Shown here piece after piece: positions 27,901 to 38,800 of a stretch of 64,000 nt of DNA (positions are counted from its first letter, which is position 1; every line of letters starts with the position of its first letter). Below the pieces are notes generated by a model. That model was not told where the DNA came from. It saw only the letters and a list, made by a program, of their open reading frames with translations, and did no database searches. The translations under genes and the position numbers were made by a program. The DNA comes from Podarcis pityusensis (Eukaryota): the NCBI GenBank assembly GCA_964106645.2, contig OZ067044.1; one strand, given 5' to 3'.

Positions 27901-30900
27901 AAGTCACAATTGCATTATTTTTTTGTTCATTCCCAACCTGCAGCTAACTACATGGACAACTGGAAGTGTACTGGAATTTTGAAAGGTAATGGGAGTCCAG
28001 TCAATGCTAGTTCCGCTCAGCAGGGAGTTTTTAATGCTCCTTTAGGCACAGCCAATTCAAGCCTCCAGAATTCAGTAAACGGAACATCTGCTGGCAGGTA
28101 TGCCACTTCGTATGTAAATTCTGCAATTTAAAAACTCTGTTTTGTCAACACCCACCATTAATCTCCCTAAAATCTTAAGCATCATTTTGGCTTTCATATG
28201 CATCATTATTAGTAACTTTTATATCAATAGCTTGCAGATTCAGTTGTCCTAGTCTTATCTGCAGTGTCCTGTATGCAACAGATAAAGTATTATAAAGAAA
28301 AACATCCTTCTAGTTACTGTTCACATACTTCAAATGCTGAGTTCACTTGAGTATTTTGAAGACCATGTCATTAGCTCTTTTATTTTCCTACTCGCAGTAC
28401 TGTATCTGCCTTTTGTTGCCCTATAATACCTTGACCACTCATTATCCTACTGTCTCTCAACTAAGGTCTCTTTGACTTCAACCTCCTATGCTGCTCTCCT
28501 ACTTCCTGAGACTCCTTGGGAACATGACCCTCTTCCAATCCTGTTCTGCAGTAGCTCTAGGCAACCACTTTTTAAAATTAGCTTTCAACACAAGTCTATT
28601 TTTGGCCTGTCCTCACAAACTTGATTCTGAAAGGAACCATTGTTGAGGGATCAACTTTTTGTGTAGGATTGCCTCGGGCAGCTTCATACAGCCGCAACCA
28701 TTTGATGGACACAATTCAGACTATATGCTGTAGATTTATGTTTTCCACACTTGGGCCCACAAATACGAGTGCTAGAAAGACAGCAATCTATAAAATTAAA
28801 GTGGTCATGTCTTCAAATCTGTTCAGTTAAACAGGGTTCTTGTGTTTCCATTTCTCCCTTATAATCTCAGAGTTACATTTCAGAGGAAAATTTTGTATTC
28901 CAGGGCACAAATTTGGAGTCAGAAATAGTACAGCTTTAATAATGAGATATACTTGCTGTTGTGGGGTGGAAAAACCCTTTTGAAGCATATCATATTTGAA
29001 AATGGGGCTGAACTCAGACATATTGTATTGCCCTGATGATTCTATATAAGCAGAAATGTAAATGCTGAGTTTTAGAAGCAGGCTGATACAATAGAATATT
29101 GTTATTATGGCTCAGCATTTTGGTACTTTTGTTAGTAACACTACTAGTAACACTACTAACACTTTTGGAGATCAACGTCACAAACACCCTATGCTTAACA
29201 AGGAAATAATTAAAATTGTTTTGAGAAGTGATTGAAAAGATTAAAATTTAATAAACCTACCAAATACTGTTCCACAGTATTCTTATTGTGCTTATAACCA
29301 TATGTGTCTAAAATTGTGATGCATTTTCCCTTCTCCATTTGTATTATGTCCTTTTTAACAGAAAGCACAGCTGAACCCAAGCTAACTGGAGTAACTTTGC
29401 TGTTTTGCTGCTTGTTGCATGCACACAGGAATGGAAAGCGAACTCCTTTTCCCCCTCCCCAGCGCCGTTTGACCTCTTCCCAAGACACCAGCAGTCTACC
29501 TACTACTAAAAGCAAATCAAAAGGCTCTATTAAAAAACACTGTATGCGTACTTTGCTAGCCAGCACAGTATGACCTTGTTGGAATCTGTGGGGAAAAAAC
29601 AGTAACATGGAGAGTTTTCTTGTGGAGACACTTCTCCTATTTCTCTTCAGAAAAATATTTTTTTTTTATATAAATCAGAGTGGGGGAACTTCACCCAAGT
29701 AACAAGGATTACCATCCTTTATATTTGAGGTGTTGGGCGGGGAAAGTATTAGTGTGAAGCCTTGGTAATCAGTTGGTTTTCATTTAAATTGCTTTGAATA
29801 ATTGATTTTGTTCTACATTTTGTTCAGATGAGTCTTAACCATTACATTTTTGTTAATGGATTTGCAATGTGCAAACTTAACTAAGCAATGTAAACACTGT
29901 TGTACCTTGACAGTTGTACAGTTAGTATCTTAATTTGGAATTGCTTCACAATTAATTAAATACTATTTCAGAGTAAACAAACAAAAAAAAATCACCAGAA
30001 GCCCCCACACTAATTAATGTCATACTTTTAGTGAGAATGATCTTACCTGATAGTTGCATGTTCCTGTGGCATGATTCCATGGAATAATTAGCAAGACTTC
30101 CTTTGGTCACAATATTGTAGTGGAGAACCATATCCATATGAATGTTTGTCATGTGGCATTGACAAGTTGCTCTGGAATTATTGTCCATTGCCTTCAAGAT
30201 GCTTCATGCATTACATAGTGAGGACACACACTGCTTCTGTGCAATTGAGTTATTGCTCTGGAACAGACTGAAGCAGTGTCCTATTGCAAACATTCATCAG
30301 GACATGGCAAGAAAATGCCTTGTTTTATATAGCGGCATGTCAATGTAGCTCTAAGTATGTCCTGTCTCCAGATTCTACTAACTTTGCCATTCTGTTCTGT
30401 AAATTTGTCTACATTTCCAAAGATTGTAAAGATTACAAAGTGGTGTCTTTAATATTACGGGTAAGTCATAAAAAGTGACATGTAATAGTTCTTTAAGCCT
30501 TTAATTTACCAGATGTATTTGGTTTTATCCTACATTTTCTTCAGAATTATGTACATATGCACCCAGACTGTATTTCAGTGGAAAAGGAGTCACTTATTGT
30601 ATATTGTGGAAATCAAAGCACTGTAAAAACAGGTTTTTTTCACATCTGTCCTATAAAATCTGCATTAAAGTTAATGTGGATGCAAATACAGCATAAATAT
30701 ATCTGCATAATTAATGTGTGCCTGTTTTTCTGCAAGTCTTTACTAAAAACATTGAGTTACAGTACATGGTTTTAAGGAGAGAGCATAAGTGTTGATAGTT
30801 AGGAACTCATTTAATTTACAGATAATTTATTATTTTGCAAAATGCACATAAGGCATATCTTAATTTAGAGATATTGTATTCGAACCAAATAGTTTCCAGA

Positions 30901-31295
30901 CTGCCATAACCATTTTTGTTTTGATTGCGAACATGATTTTGGCCATTATATTTTATTTTTGGCATGGATTTACTAAAGCCTTCACCCCCCTCCCCCCAGC
31001 ATGTCTTTTCTCTTCCCCTTTGGTTCTCCTCATATTTACTACTATTCTCTTTTTTCTTGTTTTTCCTTTTTTCTTTTTTGGTGTTCCTGTCTTCATTGTT
31101 TTCAGGTATTTCTTTCCCCCTCTGGATTCCCCACGGGCTGGATCAAGATGGTCCAGTTATGCCCAGCTCCTACCTCCTGCTCCTCTGATAGAGCACTCTT
31201 GCGATGCTGCCACTGCCAATCTCCAGTATCCTCACCCTCGCAGGCGATATATCTCTCGACCTCTTAACCTATTACGGGAACATGAAGGGGTTTAA
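18832..31295 (+). CDS. SEH1L: Nucleoporin SEH1 (WD40; Y-complex and GATOR2 subunit), long isoform 420 aa; join(18832-18942, 22085-22135, 23663-23809, 24936-25147, 25463-25561, 27177-27317, 27556-27713, 27944-28097, 31106-31295); short 361 aa isoform ends in 29362-29374
   Basis: [37 protein letters not shown] start, WD repeats, all introns GT-AG with consistent phase; both C-termini match the two known vertebrate isoforms as recalled. Confidence 0.97.
19781..20442. mobile_element. Tc1/mariner superfamily (Tc2-type) MITE with internal tandem array
   Basis: 27-bp TIR CCGTATTTTTCGCCC(C/T)ATAGGACGCAC with one mismatch; TA target duplication on both sides. Confidence 0.92.
19880..20410. repeat. 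GC-rich minisatellite, units 108/108/99/108/99 bp
   Basis: Units start at 19880, 19988, 20096, 20195, 20303, with a partial at 20402. Confidence 0.93.
20586..21155. mobile_element. Cluster of degenerate 70-90 bp palindromic squamate repeats
   Basis: ggctgcaatcct...tactcagaag...attgaattt...ttactcccaagta...aggattg motif recurs about five times here and near 18030, 19430, 22225 and 41930. Confidence 0.55.
22085..22135 (+). CDS. SEH1L: SEH1L exon 2
   Basis: tag|[17 protein letters not shown]|gtaagg, 51 nt. Confidence 0.95.
22764..23184. mobile_element. Tc2-type MITE, older
   Basis: TA|CCATATTTTTCCATGTATAAGA ... TCTTATAAACGGAAAAATACGG|TA. Confidence 0.85.
23663..23809 (+). CDS. SEH1L: SEH1L exon 3
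   Basis: cag|[49 protein letters not shown]|gtaagg. Confidence 0.96.
24936..25147 (+). CDS. SEH1L: SEH1L exon 4
   Basis: tag|[25 protein letters not shown]...[10 protein letters not shown]|gtaagc, 212 nt. Confidence 0.96.
25463..25561 (+). CDS. SEH1L: SEH1L exon 5
   Basis: cag|[32 protein letters not shown]|gtaagt, 99 nt. Confidence 0.95.
27177..27317 (+). CDS. SEH1L: SEH1L exon 6
   Basis: cag|[46 protein letters not shown]|gtgagt. Confidence 0.96.
27556..27713 (+). CDS. SEH1L: SEH1L exon 7
   Basis: cag|[52 protein letters not shown]|gtaagt. Confidence 0.96.
27944..28097 (+). CDS. SEH1L: SEH1L exon 8
   Basis: cag|(A)[20 protein letters not shown]...NGTSAG|gtatgc. Confidence 0.95.
29362..29374 (+). 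CDS. SEH1L: SEH1L alternative last exon 9a (short isoform, RKHS-stop)
   Basis: ctttttaacag|A AAG CAC AGC TGA in the correct phase; matches the recalled ...AGRKHS terminus. Confidence 0.88.
31106..31295 (+). CDS. SEH1L: SEH1L alternative last exon 9b (long isoform)
   Basis: Very long pyrimidine tract, cag|(R)[62 protein letters not shown]-stop. Confidence 0.92.
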
Positions 31296-31643
31296 TGCAC
31301 ATTTAAAACTGTATTAAGGGCCTCAATCAGATGCTTGTAAAATGCTTGCGTTTCTGTCTGCTTATTATTATTTTGCATACTTTCTCCCTCCAGAATTCAC
31401 TGTGCTAGCACTTATGCACCAAATGCTAGCTCTGCTAATCCAATCCATTTTCAACCATGATGAAACAAATAAGCAGTATTAGGTGTGGGTCATACACAAC
31501 AGATAAGTTCAAAGTGCTTGTTCCACCATTTTTTAAATTTTTATTTTTTGTATTCAATCTACTGTGCTATTTTCATTTTCATAGATTTTGTTTGTATCCT
31601 GCATTGTTTTTGGAAATGTGTCCTTAAAACTAAATAGAACTTG

Positions 31644-31898
31644 AATAAAACTGTTCTACTGTGTGGAGGGGGGGGGGGAATCTTAATCTCCAGCATCAAA
31701 CTTCTAAGTGACCAGATTCTTGAGGCTTTTTCCAGCCCTGGACATTGGTACTGAAATGGAATGCTAAAGTAAAAATGCAGTATTTGTGCATTCTGCAGCA
31801 ATATAGAATTGGTAGTATGTTTAGCCACTTGCAAACATTTTCACTTTCTTGCATAAGAATATTTACACTATGTTGTTTTATAATTGTAGGTTAATAAA
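31644..31898 (+). terminator. SEH1L candidate polyadenylation signals
   Basis: AATAAA at 31644-31649 and 31893-31898, the second followed by GU/U-rich sequence. Confidence 0.55.
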
Positions 31899-32097
31899 AA
31901 AATTTAAAATTATGTTGCGTGGTGGTTTTATTTAAGTTGTACTTATTTCTAAATGTATAAAAGTGAATACTGGGGAGAGGGAGCTGCCAGACTTCATTTC
32001 TGACCATAGGTTTATGCTGTGCACCTTGATCTGTTCTGTTTCTAGCCTTAGCCACCTCGGGTATAACATGTGGCATCTGAAATAACATCATCCACAG

Positions 32098-32170
32098 AGA
32101 GAGGTAGCATAATTTGTAGAGCATGAGACTTTTAATACCAGGGTCAAGGGTTTGAACCCTACAGTGGGCA
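32098..32170 (+). mobile_element. Decayed tRNA-Lys-like sequence (SINE head or tRNA pseudogene)
   Basis: gtagagcatgagactTTTaatacca gggtcaagggtttgaacccta cagtgggca resembles tRNA-Lys, but the acceptor stem and boxes are damaged. Confidence 0.6.
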
Positions 32171-32771
32171 GTAAACAACAATAGTGCACTGCAGACTTTT
32201 CTCTAGGCTGACGATATTGAATGTTTCTTGTAGAAATGTTTTCAGGTAAAGTAGAAATATGAAAGAATTACCCAATTTGCCTTGGTGCAAAAATACAACT
32301 CGTCCTGCAGTCTTCACAATGTCTGCCCAGAAGTAAGTCTGAGGTAAAGGGTAAGGATTGCAGCTTTGCATGCAGCTAAGCAGAAATATTAACATTCAGC
32401 AAAACCCTATGCTTCTGCTGCTGCTTTGGTGATCACTCAAAGCTGATGAGGTAAGATTGTCTTTCATGAACACGGTCTTAATAGTGAGTCCATCAGCAAC
32501 TCAAAAGTCCCGCTGTGGGCAGAATGTTATTTGATTTGTACATAAATCTGCATAAAATTATGCTTCCAATACCATGGTCGTCAAAGAACATCCAGTATAA
32601 TTGCCTTAAAGCCTCTGCCCTCTTTCTTGGATAGGGTGGGGGTGTCCAAAAAGCTGTCTTGAGTAATCCCAAAAGGCTTCATATTACCTCAGGGTTTTTT
32701 AAAAAAAATAATAGTTTAAGCAGCTGATTCTGTTCCCATGCCACACTTTCGGTCATGAGGCTTATTTACAG

Positions 32772-33314
32772 TAGAATCATAGAGTTGGAAGAGACCACAA
32801 GGGCCATCGAGTCCAACCCCCTGCCAAGCAGGAAACACCATCAGAGCACTCCTGACATATGGTTGTCAAGCCTCTGCTTAAAGACCTCCAGAGAAGGAGA
32901 CTCCACCACACTCCTTGGCAGCAAATTCCACTGTCGAACAGCTCTTACTGTCAGGAAGTTCTTCCTAATGTTTAGGTGGAATCTTCTTTCTTGTAGTTTG
33001 GATCCATTGCTCCGTGTCCGCTTCTCTGGAGCAGCAGAAAACAACCTTTCTCCCTCCTCTATGTGACATCCTTTTATATATTTGAACATGGCTGTCATAT
33101 CACCCCTTAACCTCCTCTTCTCCAGGCTAAACATGCCCTTAGCCGTTCCTCATAAGGCATCGTTTCCAGGCCTTTGACCATTTTGGTTGCCCTCCTCTGG
33201 ACACGTTCCAGTTTGTCAGTGTCCTTCTTGAACTGTGGTGCCCAGAACTGGACACAGTACTCCAGGTGAGGTCAGACCAGAGCAGAATACAGTGGCACTA
33301 TTACTTCCCTTGAT
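32772..33314 (-). mobile_element. CR1 LINE, 5'-truncated, young
   Basis: ORF 32841-33134 [22 protein letters not shown]...RRFHLNIRKNFLTVRAVRQWN..LPRSVVESPSLEVFKQRLD is the CR1 ORF2 C-terminus; ends in an (ATTCTA)-type tail. Confidence 0.95.
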
Positions 33315-33649
33315 TCAGTAATATTTACTGAACTATTCCAATTACAGTAATTCATTAGAACGGAACTGCAGGAGACATTTCATGGGGTGGTCTTGAACAA
33401 ATCTCAGCATCACCTATTATTTTTATTTATTAGATTTATATACCACCCTTCATCATAAGATCTCAGGGCCTTTGACAGAATAAAATAAAGGATAAAACAA
33501 ATAAAACAGCGAATCAATACCCTCCTTCCTATTGGCAGGATAAATTGAGAGTAAGTGTCGCCTTTGATTTTACGGTTTGTGACCTTATGTATATGATATA
33601 GTGTATAAAAAAATAACTACAGCACCAGGAAACGCTTGGGTGCTTTTGT

Positions 33650-34620
33650 AAATAAAATAACAAGGAAGCAGACTCGCAGCGAGATCGTTATCGGTCACCT
33701 CCTCAAACCCCACCAGCTTTCTTTCCCGGACTGTTTGAAAGAAGCGTGTCACCACCCTTTCGTCCAATCAGAGAAGCGCTACACTTTCCCTTCGTTCCGT
33801 TCTCGTAAACCAATAGAATTCGCATGTGTTTCCTCTCCGATCCCGCCCTCCACCCCGCCCCGCCCGCCGAAATCCAAAAGCGAGTTTCCTAGGCGCCAGG
33901 TAAGAGGCGTGCGCGTGCGCACTTACAAGAAAATAGAGGAGGGGGCGTTTCTCTCTTTCCCCCTCCCTCCTTCCTTCTTCCAGAGTTCGACGCTTGTTGG
34001 GGTTGCCGTGACGTTTCCGAACGGTGTCCTCGCGCATCAATGCGCGTGCCCGGAGGCGCCCGAGAGCTGCCGTTCCAGCTCTCGCTTTTCCTTTCGGTGA
34101 GCGGTTTGGGGGGGGGAGGTTGGGTGGTGTGTTTTTTTGAGGGGGGCATGTTTTTCTCAATCAGAAGCGGCCGTTTCAGGTCGTTTTAGGGGCGGTTTCC
34201 CTTCTCTCTTGCTTCCCGCTTCACCTCCCTCCTGTGTCGGCGCCTAAAGCGAGTGTCGGGGAAGCTTTTTTTGGCGGGTGTCCCGAGAAGAGAGGACGGA
34301 GGGGCGGGAGCCCATTCAGGGGAAACCGGAAAAAAGGCGCGCCCCTTTGCTTCCCTCGCGGCGCTTCGCTTCAGCCCAGCGCCGTCCTTAGCAGGAAAAA
34401 CGCTAGAAATCGGCGCCCTCCACGTGTGCCTGGCGCAGTTATTTATATTCTGCGGTGGGGACAGAGTTCCTCTTCCTTTCCTCCTCCTGCTCTGTGTTCC
34501 TTGGAAGTGTCCACACTCCTTTCCTATAAGTTGCCCATAAGAAGGTCGAAAACGGGGACAAAGCTGAGCCACATCTCGGCTCCGCAGCAAACTGAATGAA
34601 TGCTTTGTTGGACGATGCTG
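33650..34620. promoter_or_regulatory. CpG island / CEP192 promoter
   Basis: CpG-rich; TTTGAA 33734-33739, CCAAT 33764 and 33810, GC boxes 33842-33870, GTTGCCGTGACG 34002-34013. Confidence 0.8.
34020..34096 (+). other. CEP192: Probable non-coding exon 1 of CEP192 (start approximate)
   Basis: Donor TCG|gtgagc at 34096/34097 inside the CpG island, upstream of the ATG-bearing exon. Confidence 0.5.
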
Positions 34621-35709
34621 GTGTCAGGGAGTGTTTCTGAGCATGTGTAGAGGGCTTCTCCGGCACCGTGCCCCTGCTGGTCCTTCTGAGCTAATAACGT
34701 GCTATGGAAGACTACTTTGAAGCTAGTAACACTGACCCACACAGCTCTGGAACGGTTGCAGAAAAGAGCCCTTTTCTTTTAAAAAGTAATTCCTGTAAAT
34801 TCAACAAGGCAGTTAATTGCTACTTTTGTCGCAAAAGAAATAGTCTTAATTTATCTTGCAGATTTGTGAAGTGCTTGCCTCGGTGTGAAAAAATATATTT
34901 GGAGCTGACCAAAACTTAGTTGTGATTCAGAATTATTTCGTACGCAAGAAAGTTGATGGTGCTTCTCACATTCCCCCACTCCCATAGTAAAGGTTTTGGT
35001 TGAAAGAGCATTAATGAAAAATTGAGTACGTACACCATTCTCTCTGCTGTACCCCACTTCAGGTGCTGGCAGCCTCTAGAAACAGCAATAAACTCATGCC
35101 AATCGGCTTAAACAGCTAAATATAGCACCTGCACTGTGTGTAGTCAGCAATCTAATGAGCTGTGTTCCTGAAAAGAATTTATTTTGTTAAATGATTTGAC
35201 AACCTGCATGTGTGTTTTGGTGCTTTGTATAACTTGATTTTGAAAATAAAAATACAGTAAAAGTTGCGTTTTGCAATTGTGATTGATGTAACTCTAATCT
35301 TGGACTGCTCTGGCATTTTGCTTTCAAAGAGCTTGTACCTGTTCCAGTCCTTCAAATGTGCGTTCCTTTTGCGTTTGGAATTTCTAGAGCGTATTGTGAA
35401 AGAATTTACTCAGTGTCTGTCTTTGTGGAAGATGTAGGGATACTGTGCTACGCTTGTGTTGGCAGTCATAGCAAAGTCAAACAACTGCACAGCTTTTCAG
35501 TTTTGTTTCTCAGTTATTGAGCTCCTGTAGCAATTTAGGAGCTTGATGACAGGTCAGTCTCTGACTGTACACTTACCATCTAGGAAACAAAGATTAGACA
35601 ATGTGATTTAAAAGTACTGATAAAATAGAACATTTCTTGAATATTATCTTGCTGCCTATGTGTAACCTCTCTCTCTTACCCTTTAGGGCAGCTATGAGAA
35701 GACAGTATA

Positions 35710-35876
35710 ATGGAAGACTTCAAATGTATTGCAGATGAAACATTTCCAAGTGTTTTGCTTAACTCTGTAACTGGCTGCACCAGTGACATTTTTGACAATA
35801 TCACAATTTCATCAACTCTTGGTATACCAGTTGCTGCTTCAACTGAAGCCAGACGGAAAACTGGTTCTCATGATGG
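35710..35876 (+). CDS. CEP192: CEP192 coding exon 1
   Basis: ataATGg; MEDFKCIADETFPSVLLNSVTGCTSDIFDNITISSTLGIPVAASTEARRKTGSHD|gtaaga; acceptor ctttag at 35686. Confidence 0.92.
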
Positions 35877-38800
35877 GTAAGACATTTGTTAGTTCATGAC
35901 TAGAAATTCGTAGGTGAGTGTAGGGAAGAATGTATTGACTGAAGGATTGCTCATGGTAGGTAATTTCTAAATCTGAAACTGTTTCCAGGCATGGCTTTCT
36001 ACTTCCATCAGTGTATGATTCATGATAAAAATAGAATCTAGATAATTGGAAATCTTACATAAAATTTGTTGAAACGGAATTCAGCAAGCTCATAATTATG
36101 TGCTGAACTGTCACACGTTGTGTAGTAACTTGGATGCAAGTAAAGCAGGTACCGGCAAGGGGCTGTTTGAAGACTACCTCCTCTCCTCCCAAGGGGTGAG
36201 ATCTGGAGCAGGTCCCAGACATATTAGCATATTATCTCGGTCACCCTCTTGTGTGTAGAGGTGAATACCTGAATCCCTAGATATTAAAGCCATTTTTGCT
36301 AGTAACTGTAATATACAGGGTTGAGTAACAGTAGCTGCTCCAGGTGGAGTTATGAAGCAGCTTGGGGGCTGCTGGCTTAGCACTATGAAGACTTATAGTT
36401 GTTCGTAGCAATGGCCATTGACATCAGCAGTATCATTTAGTGAGCCACCTCATAAGCTGCTATTATTAGGCAAGATGCTGAAAGCAGAAGACCATGGTGG
36501 GGGGGAGGGGAAGCAAATATGTTCCTTTTTCAAAAGAAGAAGAAGAAGAGTGCTCTGACTATGAGACACTAAGGATTGGAGTACCTTCCTCATTTGATTT
36601 TACCTTGGATTGCTACTGGAGACAAATTTATCCTGTGGTTAATGTGAGGAGGTAGTGCCACTTCATAAGACATTCCTGATCACTGAAATGGTCTTCTAAA
36701 CAACAGAGCTGAGAACTTGCAAAATAATGGTTTTGTTTTCTCTGTATTGCAGACAATATGATGAAGTGTCTTACACGGACAATAGATTCCCTGCTCCATT
36801 AGCATCTTCCTGTAGTGGTGAATCTGATTCTGATCCAAGAAAGAATCTTAACTTTCAGGATACTGTGTAAGAAGTAGATTACATAATTCAATGTTATATC
36901 TTGTGTTGGATCCAAAGATACATTTCTGCTCACAGAAGACTCCCTTCTGCTTATAGATTAGAACTTTTTGATTCAACTTTAAAATTAACTTTCAAGAGAT
37001 ATTCTCTGACAAATAGGTTTCATGAATGCCTGATTTAAATGTTGCTGCATGTCTTATCACTTTTAACAGCAGAGATGGGGGTGTAATTTCATTATATATC
37101 TTTTGCCAACAGAAAAAACAACATTCCTCTTCTTCCAGCCTTCAGCTAATTAAAGAACCTATGGTCTTTTAAACTCTGTTTTTTATTGTTTTGTTTGTTA
37201 TTTCTTATGTATTTTTGTGCTTTTATACTGTAAACTGCCCTGTGAAAAGTGGTATATAAATTTAATAAATATAATAATACTATAGTCCCCCAGATGTTGG
37301 ACCTAAGCTTTCATAATACCTGACTGTTGGTCATGCTGATGAGAATTGCAGTCCAACATCTGAAGGTCCAAAGGTTCATTCCTGTTCTAGACTGCTAAGA
37401 CCATGAAATATACTCCTTATGTTTTAAATCCTAAAATGTATGTTAAGATTAACCTACGGATAGTAATGAAAGCCCAACTCGGTTGTTCGTTAGACTAATT
37501 TCTGTGGCATGTGGAGTTGTCTCACAAGAGAACCTGTGGTCAGATTGTATCTAGCAAACTCACCCACTCAAGGCCACTTATGACTCTAGAAGCAAATCTT
37601 ATGTACTCCCTATTAAGTTCTATCTTTTGCTTGCATGGTGTATATCATTTTTTCCAAATTATGACCTGTTGAAGGAACATAAGTTCCCTGTTAAAAATGT
37701 TTAGGTAGATGCTGCTAATAAACCTAGCTTGAGTGTGGTTGGTTTTTTTTAAGTGTTGAAGTAGATAACTACTTCCTGGCTTAGCTTGTTAAAAAGTACC
37801 TGTAAGATCCTAATATATTTTTCAGATTTTAGCCTTAGTTAACTTTTTCATTTAAGTTAGTCTAATATTGATATTACCAGTTGAGAAGCACTAGAAAATC
37901 TTTATATGTTGCTGGAAAGCTAAACTTGCCTCTCATTTCAGAATGATCATGAGAAATAAAACTTTTATTCAAATACACCTACTATGTTGGAGCTAGAAGG
38001 AAAACACATGAGAATTGGTTTATGGAAAGATGTACTTAGTTTGTAAAATTTTGGAACAGCAAGCTATAGGCTAATATGCAAACTTACCTATAAAAATATT
38101 TATACATGTTAAACACAAATTAAATTTGAGTTGGAAACCTCTTATTAAGAATTGACAATGACTGTATATGTTTTATAAACATGCCGTTTATTATATTATA
38201 TTTTTAAATAAAATGCAGCAGGTTGCAGCTTCCTGCCTACAATATCCAGGGTGTGATCCAATCTACAAGATACCACTAGGGAAGTTATTCTGGAATATAT
38301 AGCTTAGTGTGGTTCAGCTAAACAATGCAGGTGGAGCTGTCTGACATTAAGTATATTAAACTACTACTAAGCAGTTGTAAAATTAAGATTAAAACCTTCA
38401 TTTTTACTTTCTCAGGGAATGCTGTAATAAAGCTGCAGACAATCAGTTGGAGTCAAACCAGCAAGGATCTAATGTTTTGCAGCAAAAGCACCAGCATTTT
38501 TCTAATGAAAGCTCTGGGAACCAGTGGCATTCTTTGCATGAGAGGCTTTCACTTCAACACTTGGAAGGTAGGCAGTTTTCACAGTGTCTGTAGGAATACT
38601 ATTAAGCATTCTACAATGTATTCTGAAGTTCTGCTAAATGTGGTATCCTCATTTGTGATACTTCAAGTGTAATATAGCTTTCCTGCTAATAGTCACCCAC
38701 TATGAGTTTCCCATCAGTTTGGAAATGAACTGGAGCTACCAAAAATAAGGTAGTAGCTGGCATCTACATAATTTGGCTGGCTGACTTGGTGGGAATAGAC

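Noticed and set aside
28098-28131. SEH1L intron 8 read-through C-terminus ([11 protein letters not shown])
   Set aside because: Good donor at 28097 and two supported downstream exons; nothing in the sequence indicates retention
30221-30380. H/ACA snoRNA or iron-responsive element reading of the tandem hairpins
   Set aside because: No ANANNA hinge or terminal ACA, and the CAGTGT lacks the required 5-bp closing stem
32443-32500. CTGATGAG as a hammerhead ribozyme core
   Set aside because: No stem II followed by GAAA and no stem I/III pairing; other CTGATGA hits I checked also failed
33636-34919. ORFs over the CEP192 CpG island, including MEDYFEAS at 34704 resembling the CEP192 start
   Set aside because: GC-rich artefacts; the similarity stops after 10 nt and the homologous start is at 35710
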